Assembly (NCBI GenBank): GCA_048887225.1
Contig: JBHLJY010000007.1
Location: forward strand, 51,294-115,293
Length of the DNA: 64,000 bases
Direction: 5' to 3'
Source: Candidatus Hodarchaeota archaeon
Lineage (GTDB): Archaea > Asgardarchaeota > Lokiarchaeia > Sigyniarchaeales > SOKP01
Positions 49,606 through 58,240 of the stretch are shown here, in pieces; position 1 is the stretch's first letter; every line of letters starts with the position of its first letter. Below the pieces are notes generated by a model. The model had not been told where the DNA came from. It made no database searches and was given only the letters and a program-made list of their open reading frames with translations. Position numbers and translations under genes: made by a program.

Positions 49606-50154
49606 CTAAGCCTTTTTACCCAATTTGTTTAAAATATTATGGACCAGATTTTCAAAAGCCTTTTCTACATTCTCGCCATATTTTGCGGAAGTTTCTATGA
49701 AATCACTCGCATTAATTTCGCTCCCAAAACTACTACCCTCCTCTGTTGACACTACTCGCTGTTCCGATAAATCAGTCTTGTTTCCAATTAAAATATAAGT
49801 CCCTTCTTTTTTAACATATTTATTGAAATCCCGCAACCATTTAGAATTAATTGTCTCAAAAGTAGCACGTCTAGTTATGTCATAAACTAATAACGCTCCA
49901 ACGCATCCTTGGAAATACATTGAGCGAATTACATTATATTTTTCTTGTCCAGCAAGGTCCCACATTATAAGGCGAACATTAGCATTAATTTTTTCCAAAT
50001 GCATATCCTTTCTAATTATGTTCGCCCCAAGCGTAGGTTTATAATCTTCCTGAAACGAATGTTCTATATACTGGTTAATTAGAGATGTTTTACCTACAGC
50101 TGCATCTCCCAAAACCACTATTTTGAACACGAATTCTTTAACTTCTTCCGACAT
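49606..50154 (-). CDS. small GTPase, Rab-like
   Basis: G1 GDAAVGKTS, switch I TLGANI, G3 WDLAGQ, G4 GNKTD, G5 TSAKYG. Close paralogue of 50809..51345. Confidence 0.9.
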   Translation of the reverse strand: MSEEVKEFVFKIVVLGDAAVGKTSLINQYIEHSFQEDYKPTLGANIIRKDMHLEKINANVRLIMWDLAGQEKYNVIRSMYFQGCVGALLVYDITRRATFETINSKWLRDFNKYVKKEGTYILIGNKTDLSEQRVVSTEEGSSFGSEINASDFIETSAKYGENVEKAFENLVHNILNKLGKKA

Positions 50155-50202
50155 TTTTAATATCTCTATCCTTGTAATTATTATATTTTTTTTATTCTTT
50201 AT

Positions 50203-50709
50203 TTATTTTTTCCATATTAATTTCAAAATATATGGTTTATGAGTAAGATCTGGTATCTTTTCATCTTCATTTGTATAAATAACTCTTCTATTGTCTGGTA
50301 TCGCTTTTTTTAAAGAAGTGACGAGAAAACCAGTGAATAAATTGCATGGAACTCCAACCTCACTGCAAAAAATACAATTTTGAATTTCAACTGTAACAGA
50401 ATTTTTTCCTTGATCTATTATTCGAACGGCCCAATTTGTTTTAATTAATACGTTAATTTCTTGAATTATTTCTTCAAAAGGTTTTCCCCAGGGAAAAAGA
50501 TAAAAAGCAAATTTTTTACCGACTTCATATTGAAGTCTGTAACATCCGTATAACAATAATTCTTGAGCTTTGATGATTTTCTTAAAAGATAAAAAATCTA
50601 TCGTATCGTTTGGATCTACATTTTTGTTATCTTTTATCTTTAACATATCAGCTTCTCTTAACACAGATTTCATTCCATCGTAATCAAGAATATCTAAATA
50701 AGCTTGCAA
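50203..50709 (-). CDS. V4R-like domain protein (partial motif), function unknown
   Basis: 168 aa, TTG start. IQNCIFCSEVGVPCNLFTGFLVTSL matches the first half of the V4R Cys motif (C..C.....PC....G.l). The terminal E..C...G..C.F block was not seen. Confidence 0.45.
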   Translation of the reverse strand: MQAYLDILDYDGMKSVLREADMLKIKDNKNVDPNDTIDFLSFKKIIKAQELLLYGCYRLQYEVGKKFAFYLFPWGKPFEEIIQEINVLIKTNWAVRIIDQGKNSVTVEIQNCIFCSEVGVPCNLFTGFLVTSLKKAIPDNRRVIYTNEDEKIPDLTHKPYILKLIWKK

Positions 50710-50808
50710 TAGAGCCGTAACAACCTTGTTTTTTACTTCCTCTTTATATTCGCCTACTATTAAAGTTCACCAATTATTAATATTGCAATCAACAAAATTT
50801 AATCCCAT

Positions 50809-51345
50809 TTAAATTTTCACTCCATAATTACTTAAAATGTTATAGGCTAAATTTAAAAACGCTTTTTCAACGTTTTTTCCAGTTTTGGCACTTGTTTCTA
50901 TGAATTCAATTGCTTTAATTCGCTCCGCCATGTTATGAGCATCATCTTTAAAAACATATCTTTGCTCTTCTAAATCGGCTTTGTTTCCAATTAAAATATA
51001 TGATCCCTCTTTTTCGACATGGTTTTTATAATCTGTAAGCCACTTATACTCAACATTTTCAAAGGAAGAATATCTAGTAATATCGTAAACTAATAACGCT
51101 CCTGCGCATCCTTCATAATATGCACCCCTAGTTTTTTCATATTGTTCTTGTCCAGCAATATCCCAGAGAATTAAACGAGCATTGGAATTAATTTGCTCTA
51201 ATTTGATGGTTTTCATGATTAAATTCACGCCCATAGTTGCTTTGTAATCTTCTTTAAACCTTTCCTCTACAAATTGGTTTACTAATGATGTTTTCCCAAC
51301 TCCAGTGTCTCCTAATACTGCAAGTTTTAATACGTAGTCTGACAT
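50809..51345 (-). CDS. small GTPase, Rab-like
   Basis: G1 GDTGVGKTS, switch I TMGVNL, G3 WDIAGQ, G4 GNKAD, G5 TSAKTG. Confidence 0.9.
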   Translation of the reverse strand: MSDYVLKLAVLGDTGVGKTSLVNQFVEERFKEDYKATMGVNLIMKTIKLEQINSNARLILWDIAGQEQYEKTRGAYYEGCAGALLVYDITRYSSFENVEYKWLTDYKNHVEKEGSYILIGNKADLEEQRYVFKDDAHNMAERIKAIEFIETSAKTGKNVEKAFLNLAYNILSNYGVKI

Positions 51346-51367
51346 TTTATCTTCCTTTTTTCTTTAT

Positions 51368-51796
51368 TTAAAGATCTAAAAGAGATAATCCAAATTGTGG
51401 ATCAACAGCACGATTTAATTTTTGACCAATTTCATAAATATAAACTTCTCCAGTAATGGAAACGATTGATGGTGTACTTAAATGACCCCCAATAATATTA
51501 TAATCCTCTCTACCAACTGATACATGGATATGTATTATTGGTTCTCCATCCTTATAAGAAATATTTCCCATGCAAGAAATTAATTCAACATTTTCTTCAA
51601 AAGTTTTAAAATTATATTTTTTTTCCTTAATATTAAAATATCCGATTGTGAATTTTTTAAAAGCTCCAATAACGTTGATTAATCCGGCTTTAATATTATA
51701 TTTTTTAACAATTTCTTTTATAGCATCAATTAAATCCTCATCAGCCATTACTCTCGCAACAATAACCCTACCGATATTTGTTTCGATACTTTTCAT
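51368..51796 (-). CDS. PPC / DUF296 domain protein
   Basis: 142 aa. Contains IGRVIVARV..DEDLIDAI, AGLINVIGAF, and ELISCMGNISYKDGEPIIHIHVSVG, typical of DUF296 (COG1661). Confidence 0.7.
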   Translation of the reverse strand: MKSIETNIGRVIVARVMADEDLIDAIKEIVKKYNIKAGLINVIGAFKKFTIGYFNIKEKKYNFKTFEENVELISCMGNISYKDGEPIIHIHVSVGREDYNIIGGHLSTPSIVSITGEVYIYEIGQKLNRAVDPQFGLSLLDL

Positions 51797-52033
51797 TTTT
51801 TTAGAAAGATCTATCAGATTTTTTAGCGTTTATATTCAAGGAATACTTAAAATTACTATAAAATTCTTTAAATCCAATGTTTTTTATATTTTTTTTATAA
51901 TTTTACTTTTATTTATAGATTTGGTTTTTTATAATGACATGAATTGTTATTACTATTTTTTTCTAAGAGTAAAAAATTAATTATTCTGATTTTTATATAA
52001 TTTAACAATCAATGAATTTGTAATATTTTAATT

Positions 52034-52930
52034 ATGAGCGAAAAGGTCACGATTTCTGGCGTTGAATTGAAGTTAACCGAGCCTGCTGAAGTTGATATGG
52101 CGTGGGTTGGTAATGAAGATATAATTAATGAATTAAAAGCGGCATGGATGGTTGTTGATGAGAAAGAGGATCTCCCACTAAATCCTAGAATATTAGGAAA
52201 ACCTGGAGTGGGAAAAACAACGCTTGCATATGCTACTGGTAAATTGTTAAATAAGTATGTTTATATATTTCAGTGTACAATGGACACCAGACCAGAGGAT
52301 CTTTTAATTAGCCCGGTTATTTCCTCTGATAATAAAATTGCTTATGTTGCTAGTTCGTTAGTGTCTGCTATGATTAAAGGAGGTGTATGTCTTTTGGACG
52401 AAGGGAATCGTATGAGCGAGAAAAGCTGGGCCTCTTTAGCTCCATTGATGGACAAGCGACGTTACGTGGACTCGATAATAGCAGGTATAAGAATTTATGC
52501 TCATCCCGATTTTCGCTTATGTGTTACTATGAATAGCGACAGTAGCACCTATGAAGTCCCAGAATATATTCAATCTCGTCTACAACCTAAAGTTTATATC
52601 GATTTTCCCAATAGAGTTGACGAATTAAAAATTTTAAAATATAATTTACCGTTTGCTTCAGATAAAATTTTGGAATATTGTGTAGATTTTCTCCAGAATG
52701 CACATATTCACGATGAGCCATTTACGGTAAGAGAAGGCATAAATATTGTAAGGTATTACGTTAAAACTCGGTCTTTAAACGGAAAAGATAAAATTACTTT
52801 AAATAAAAAAGAATTCAAAAGTTCTATTGCACACATTTTAGAAGAAAGTTCGAAAAGATATTGTCCCGATGAATATGAGGAATTTTTAGAAAAGCAAAAA
52901 GAAGAATTTTCAGATCGTCTCCTATTTTAA
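52034..52930 (+). CDS. AAA+ ATPase, MoxR / AAA_5 (dynein-related) type
   Basis: 298 aa. Walker A GKPGVGKTT, Walker B VCLLDEGNR, and a single AAA module with a short lid. Confidence 0.8.
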   Translation: MSEKVTISGVELKLTEPAEVDMAWVGNEDIINELKAAWMVVDEKEDLPLNPRILGKPGVGKTTLAYATGKLLNKYVYIFQCTMDTRPEDLLISPVISSDNKIAYVASSLVSAMIKGGVCLLDEGNRMSEKSWASLAPLMDKRRYVDSIIAGIRIYAHPDFRLCVTMNSDSSTYEVPEYIQSRLQPKVYIDFPNRVDELKILKYNLPFASDKILEYCVDFLQNAHIHDEPFTVREGINIVRYYVKTRSLNGKDKITLNKKEFKSSIAHILEESSKRYCPDEYEEFLEKQKEEFSDRLLF

Positions 52931-53027
52931 ATAAATTTTTAATATTTTATAATCATTGGACTAAAAAAGATTTAAAAATTAAATTACAAAATATAACACA
53001 ACTAAAAATAAGACGTGATAATAAGAA

Positions 53028-53780
53028 ATGTCGAATGAAAATGTAAATAGGGAATTGTCGAATTTTGGGAGAAGAATGAAAATATTAGCGATAATGACGC
53101 TTGTAGGTTTCATATTGGGCATAGTAGGATGGTTTATAAATGTAACAATTATTAGTATTATAATAAGTATAATTATTATAATCTATTTCCTATTATTGCT
53201 AGGGAATATTAAGAGAGCTGGTAGAACACTTAATAATAAAGATTTACTATCATTTTCTCCTAGATTTTTATGGGGGACTATTATAAGATTCATTGGGAAC
53301 CAATTATTTGGAATTGGAATTTTATTCATATTGATACTTATATATGGTGGAGAACCTCTCGCAACAGTGATCCCTTTTATAATAACGGCACTTATAGGTG
53401 TAGCCCTTATAATCATAGGATCGATATTAAGATTTATGGCATGGGGAGGTTTAGCTACTTTTTTTGAAACAAATTATCAACTATTTCCCCCAAATATCAG
53501 TGGTAATGGAAAAACGGGAGCTAAAATGTGTAAAATTGCAACTATTCTTGACATGACAATATTTCTTTCATCTATTGGAGATATTTTAAGGATAATAGGA
53601 TATTTCAAATTGGCTTCCTTAAAAGATTTAATAGGAGCTCCAGTTCAGCCAGTACCTCAGCCTTTAGCGCCAATGCCTACTCCTGTAGAAGCTCCATCAG
53701 CGAATTTTTGTCCAGAATGTGGAAGTGCTATTACTCAAGGAGCAAGATTTTGTCCAAGTTGTGGAAGTGAAATACTTTAA
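53028..53780 (+). CDS. membrane protein with C-terminal Pro-rich linker and double zinc ribbon
   Basis: 250 aa with about 5 TM segments, then PVQPVPQPLAPMPTPVEAP, then FCPECGSAITQGARFCPSCGSEI. Confidence 0.65.
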   Translation: MSNENVNRELSNFGRRMKILAIMTLVGFILGIVGWFINVTIISIIISIIIIIYFLLLLGNIKRAGRTLNNKDLLSFSPRFLWGTIIRFIGNQLFGIGILFILILIYGGEPLATVIPFIITALIGVALIIIGSILRFMAWGGLATFFETNYQLFPPNISGNGKTGAKMCKIATILDMTIFLSSIGDILRIIGYFKLASLKDLIGAPVQPVPQPLAPMPTPVEAPSANFCPECGSAITQGARFCPSCGSEIL

Positions 53781-53898
53781 TCTTTTTTTTTTATTTTAAT
53801 TTTAATTTAAACATTTTTATTATTGTAATAACTCTAAAACATGATAACTTAATCTTTGAGCTTAGAAATATAATATAAACCTATAGGAACAATTCTGA

Positions 53899-55893
53899 AT
53901 GAATAAAACTCCATATCTTAAGTATAAAAACATTTACGTCATTCCATCTTTTCATTCGAGAATAGAATTTTCTAAATTAGTTCGTACAGCATATTTTTTG
54001 GTATTTCCAGATGTAATCGCAGTTGAATTACCAGACAATATAAGAAACGAAGTAATAGAAGGAATAGAAAGATTACCGTTTTTATCTTTAATTGCGTACA
54101 CAGATACACTCAGTCCAAAAAAAATGAATTTTGTACCTATTGATCCAGGAGATTCAATTATAGAAGGGATAAAGATCGGATTAGAATTTGGTGTTCCAAT
54201 TGAGTTTATTGATTTATCTATAACAGATTATTTGCCAACCAGCTTTAGACTACCAGATGATCATTCTTTAAATGAAATAGGACTGCCCTTATTTTACCAA
54301 AAAATTTCAAAATATTTTAGAAAAGAATTTATGACCAAAAAAATAGAATTAAGAGATAAATTAAGTTTAGAGGATTATTTAAAAAACCAAGAAAATCGAG
54401 AGCAAAAATATGACTTTTTAGAGAAGGATGTACTTCGCGAGAGATATATGGCATCGCATCTTTTAAAAATGATGCCTTTATATCATAGAATCTTGTTTAT
54501 TGTAGGTATGGCTCATTGGGAAAATATTAAATATTATTTAGAGAATCCCGAAAAAATTCAGGATGTAGAATTAGATTTAATCCCTTATAAATTTGTTAAA
54601 ATCTATAATGTGAAAAATAAGGACGCTCGATTCCTTTTAAGAGAATTACCTTATAATACCTACAAATGGTTAAAATTCAAAGAAAAATATTCAAAGGAAG
54701 TCTTAGAAGAACTTGAATCTCCAAATGAATTATATACGATTCTTGAATCTTATAATAAAATTGATCATATTAGAAAGATATTTTTAAAAGCGAAATATGA
54801 TTACGAGGAAGAATTTAAAGAATTTGTTGATCTTCACAAATTAAAAACATTGTTTCAATATTCAAGGAATTTATCATTAGCAGAACAAAGATTATTGCCT
54901 AACCTTGCACATTTATTAATTTCTTCTAAAAATATCGTTGATGACGATTACGCTTGGAAAGTATTAAAAAAAGCAACTAAATATCCTTATGATGATGAAA
55001 GCAATAAATATGAAACGATGAAATTAAGCTTAGAAGGGGGATACGATCCTAGTGGACGATATATAAAATTGAGAAGACGCCATCCTTATGACTATGGTAA
55101 AGAGCGAGAGGTTCCTCTAAACAAACGACCTGAAGAAGAATATGAAGGACAATGGAGAGATGAATGGGAAGAAGGTAAATGGAATACCGTTTCGTGGCCT
55201 CCAGAGGATATAATTGAGGAGGATTATTTCGCTTATATTCGTAAGAGAGCGCTTAAGAACCTTAAAAATCAGCGAATTAAAATAGAAGAATTCAAATCGA
55301 GTCTAATGGATGGCATCGCAATTAAAGAAACAATTAGAAATTGGGCTTTTAAGAAAAAAATTTATGTGCGAAACGAACAACAAATTCAAGGAAAAATTGA
55401 TACTCTTGTTGTCATTTTCGATCAGGATGATGAAGATGTGGAGAAATACCCTTATAGATTAACCTGGTGGGCGGAACATGATAGAGAAAGCGATATGGCC
55501 TTCTACTCAACACTTCCAGGAGACTATTTAATTGGACCAGGAATCTCTCATGTAGAGATAGGAGGGATTTTATCTATTTTTCCTCCTCCGAGATTAAAAG
55601 AGGTCTTTAGATCGTATATGGATTATGAGTATCGCGATACTCTTAATAAAGCTGAAAGGCTTTTGAAGGCAGCCATCCTATATTCGAAAGAAAGATATAT
55701 AATATATGTTGGGGAAGAAACACCAAGGAAATACTTCTATTCTATGGCAGGAGTTAAAAATAGAGAAATTTTATATATCCCATTAGATTATTTTAGTCAA
55801 GAATCACTCAAAACCATTAAACATATTCATATACTTGCCGGAAAAGACAAAAGGAAAATTGCTCATAACTATATCTTTTTAGACACACATTAA
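53899..55893 (+). CDS. large protein with TraB/GumN-like N-terminal domain (DUF5682-like, tentative)
   Basis: 664 aa. The N-terminal IPSFHSRIEFSKLVRTAYFLVFPDVIAVELPDN and the later RERYMASHLL...RILFIVGMAHWENI resemble TraB-family blocks (GTAHVS..PD.VaVEL / ERD..MA...vVGaGH). The remaining ~450 aa are unrecognised. Confidence 0.5.
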   Translation: MNKTPYLKYKNIYVIPSFHSRIEFSKLVRTAYFLVFPDVIAVELPDNIRNEVIEGIERLPFLSLIAYTDTLSPKKMNFVPIDPGDSIIEGIKIGLEFGVPIEFIDLSITDYLPTSFRLPDDHSLNEIGLPLFYQKISKYFRKEFMTKKIELRDKLSLEDYLKNQENREQKYDFLEKDVLRERYMASHLLKMMPLYHRILFIVGMAHWENIKYYLENPEKIQDVELDLIPYKFVKIYNVKNKDARFLLRELPYNTYKWLKFKEKYSKEVLEELESPNELYTILESYNKIDHIRKIFLKAKYDYEEEFKEFVDLHKLKTLFQYSRNLSLAEQRLLPNLAHLLISSKNIVDDDYAWKVLKKATKYPYDDESNKYETMKLSLEGGYDPSGRYIKLRRRHPYDYGKEREVPLNKRPEEEYEGQWRDEWEEGKWNTVSWPPEDIIEEDYFAYIRKRALKNLKNQRIKIEEFKSSLMDGIAIKETIRNWAFKKKIYVRNEQQIQGKIDTLVVIFDQDDEDVEKYPYRLTWWAEHDRESDMAFYSTLPGDYLIGPGISHVEIGGILSIFPPPRLKEVFRSYMDYEYRDTLNKAERLLKAAILYSKERYIIYVGEETPRKYFYSMAGVKNREILYIPLDYFSQESLKTIKHIHILAGKDKRKIAHNYIFLDTH

Positions 55894-55959
55894 ACAGACT
55901 AAAAACAGTCTTTTTTCAAAAGAAAAAATATAGTTGATAAAAAATTTAAAAAAATAAAA

Positions 55960-57675
55960 TTACTTTTCAATAGACTCTACATATTCTGAAATTTTCTCAG
56001 TTATTATTTCTGGTTTCTCGGCTTCGGCACCCTTTTTCACATGAGCAAGTTCCAAGCGCTCCCTATGCAAGGTATTCATAGCACAAAAGGGCACTTCCAA
56101 AACTTTGGTTGGGTCATCTGGGTCAATTATTCCATAGTGTACAAGACAGGACTTTATCCTATTAAGGTCAAAATTATAAGCGTCTTGAAAATGCATTGCA
56201 CTAACAAGCATATTGCCAGTAAGTAAAAAGTTGCCAGCTGTTCTCATGTTTGGAGCAATTACTAGTTTGCCTAATGATTGAAAAAATTTGCTATCTAACA
56301 CTTTTTTAATTTTTACATATTTAAACATACCAGCAAAGAAATAGGCCTTCATCATTTGCCTATAGCCAATATTGGTCATATCATCGATAAATTTTCCAAC
56401 TGTAGCTGCAAGGCTACCATAATCCGCTAAATTAATGTTTCCTAAAAGACCGGTAGGTTTTGGCACTTCCCTCGATTGGACCATGTCGTAGACTTTGTTA
56501 GACCATCTAAGTAATCCTTCTACATCTACATAATGTTCAATGGGTTCCCACTCATTATTTTTGTTTATGATCCCTATAGTGGCAAAACCACAGTCGTGAT
56601 GGCTTGTAGTTGACCAATTCGGAGCATCATCAAACCATGCTAATAATCCCGTGAATTTGGCAGTTGTTGCGAGAGGATAAAATTTTGTAATCATATTATT
56701 TGTTGCTTTATTAATATCTACTTTTAGGTCGGAAGTTGTGTATCTTAAATCCATTAATTCTTCGAAACTTATACGACCACATAGAGAAACTGGTTGGAAA
56801 ACCACACCCCCACATATGTCTTTATATTCTTTGGCAAATTCCATAATTGGGCCAACTTGACTGTCGTTTACACCTTTAGCTATAACAGGGACTAACATAA
56901 GAGTAATTCCGCCTACTTTTCGAATATTATCAACAGCTCTCTTTTTGATGGGCCAAAGATTAACTCCTCTTACTTTTTTCCAAACCTCAGGAGCGTCGGT
57001 TGCATCAAACTGTAAATATATAGTATCGAGTCCAGCATCTTTCATTTCTTGAAGATATTCAATTGATTTAGCAATTCTTATCCCATTTGTTGAGACCATA
57101 ATATCAAGAAATCCCATCTCTTTACCTACTCGAATCATTTCTGGGAGATCGTCTCGAAGCGTTGGTTCTCCGCCAGCAAATTGAAGCAAAACTGCTGGAG
57201 TTGGTTTCATAGATCTAAAATGTTCCATAATTTGTATGATATCGTCGAAACTAGGCTCAACAACATAACCTTTCGCACTCGCATTCGCGAAACAGATAGG
57301 GCATGCCAGATTACACCTATTAGTGATATCTATTAAACATATACAAGGAGCACTTAGATGATTCTTACAAATGCCACAATCATAGGGACATCCTTTCGCA
57401 TCTTCCCTAATTCCTGAAGATACTTCACAAGGTTTCGTTGAAATTTTATCGCCTTTTGTCGAACCGATTTCTTCTGTAAATTTCATGCTCCACTTGTAAT
57501 CGTCAGCATTGATGGAGATTTTATCCTTGAACTCGCCATGATCTTCACAAGTTTTTCGAAGCATTACATAATTATTTGTAGGATCTACATAAAATTGCGC
57601 TGGTATTTGCGTTAAGCATTCTGGGCACAAAGACATAGTTTCCCGTACAATCTCATACTCTGTCATAAAAATCAA
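55960..57675 (-). CDS. radical SAM enzyme, COG1964-type (tetraether lipid synthase Tes/GDGT-MAS-like candidate)
   Basis: Contains the N-terminal zinc-ribbon-like CPEC...CEDHG, the Cys-rich CPYDCGICKNH...PC, and the radical SAM CNLACPIC (Cx3Cx2C). Length is about 570 aa. The likely true start is the ATG at 57666 (MTEYEIV). Confidence 0.8.
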   Translation of the reverse strand: MIFMTEYEIVRETMSLCPECLTQIPAQFYVDPTNNYVMLRKTCEDHGEFKDKISINADDYKWSMKFTEEIGSTKGDKISTKPCEVSSGIREDAKGCPYDCGICKNHLSAPCICLIDITNRCNLACPICFANASAKGYVVEPSFDDIIQIMEHFRSMKPTPAVLLQFAGGEPTLRDDLPEMIRVGKEMGFLDIMVSTNGIRIAKSIEYLQEMKDAGLDTIYLQFDATDAPEVWKKVRGVNLWPIKKRAVDNIRKVGGITLMLVPVIAKGVNDSQVGPIMEFAKEYKDICGGVVFQPVSLCGRISFEELMDLRYTTSDLKVDINKATNNMITKFYPLATTAKFTGLLAWFDDAPNWSTTSHHDCGFATIGIINKNNEWEPIEHYVDVEGLLRWSNKVYDMVQSREVPKPTGLLGNINLADYGSLAATVGKFIDDMTNIGYRQMMKAYFFAGMFKYVKIKKVLDSKFFQSLGKLVIAPNMRTAGNFLLTGNMLVSAMHFQDAYNFDLNRIKSCLVHYGIIDPDDPTKVLEVPFCAMNTLHRERLELAHVKKGAEAEKPEIITEKISEYVESIEK

Positions 57676-57861
57676 ATTTTCATTTATTAACTATTTATTT
57701 TGTATAAATAATTATTTGATTAAATAAAATAACTTGTTATAAAAATGTTTTAAGAGTAAAAATAATCTTAAGAATATTATTTTTAAATATCCATTTAAGG
57801 AATCATCATACGAAATTATTACATAGAGAAATCCCTAAACTCTTTTTTTATTTATTATTTA

Positions 57862-57875
57862 ATCTTGATCAAGAT
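57862..57875. promoter_or_regulatory. perfect 14 bp palindrome next to the candidate RNA
   Basis: The sequence atcttgatcaagat is its own reverse complement. It lies 15 nt from the terminal helix of the GC-rich element, inside a divergent intergenic region. Confidence 0.25.
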
Positions 57876-57889
57876 ATTAAAGAAAAAGA

Positions 57890-58008
57890 GACTCCTGCCA
57901 GCCAGACCTAAAGAGAAGGTCAGAAATTAAATAGGGGGAGGAGGGCAAAATCATAGCGTACTAAAATACGCTAACCAAAAGACAAAAATCCAGGGTGCGG
58001 CAGGAGTC
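57890..58008. ncRNA. candidate structured small RNA of unknown family (strand uncertain; + slightly favoured)
   Basis: A GC-rich island lies in a 565 bp AT-rich intergenic region. The perfect 10 bp terminal helix pairs gactcctgcc (57890..57899) with ggcaggagtc (57999..58008). Internal hairpins are gacc/ggtc (57905..57921) and tagcgta/tacgcta (57954..57973). There is a purine tract, agggggaggaggg. A T7 run follows directly on + (58010..58016), and tcttttt follows on -. Confidence 0.45.
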
Positions 58009-58240
58009 ATTTTTTTAAAGTTTTTATATAGGTTAGATTTTACTAATTGTATTTTGAGTTGTAAATGAAATTTAAATTTTTATCTTAAGATAATATATAC
58101 TTTCCATTATATAAAATAATTATAATAAAAATTTAACAGTAATATTTAAATTAATAGAGTGGTATTTTACAAAATTGTTAAATGCTTCTTTGGCTATTTG
58201 CTGATTGGAAAATTAAAATAATATAATTATATAGGCTTTT

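Noticed and set aside
51570-51980. 136-aa + strand hydrophobic ORF overlapping the DUF296 gene and the divergent promoter region.
   Set aside because: It is antisense to a gene with clear DUF296 blocks. The remainder runs through an AT-rich intergenic region.
57890-58008. Considered whether the GC-rich element is a 5S rRNA (similar length), a tRNA/tRNA-Sec, a C/D or H/ACA sRNA, or a SAM-I type riboswitch leader of the radical SAM gene.
   Set aside because: It lacks 5S loop motifs (CCGAAC, GAAGUUAAGC). It has no T-loop (UUCGAAU/UUCAAAU) or cloverleaf. No RUGAUGA/CUGA pair sits at the termini, and no ACA box follows a pocket hairpin. Resemblance to the S-box consensus is only superficial (GGUGC, GAGGG). 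It is kept as an unclassified RNA candidate.
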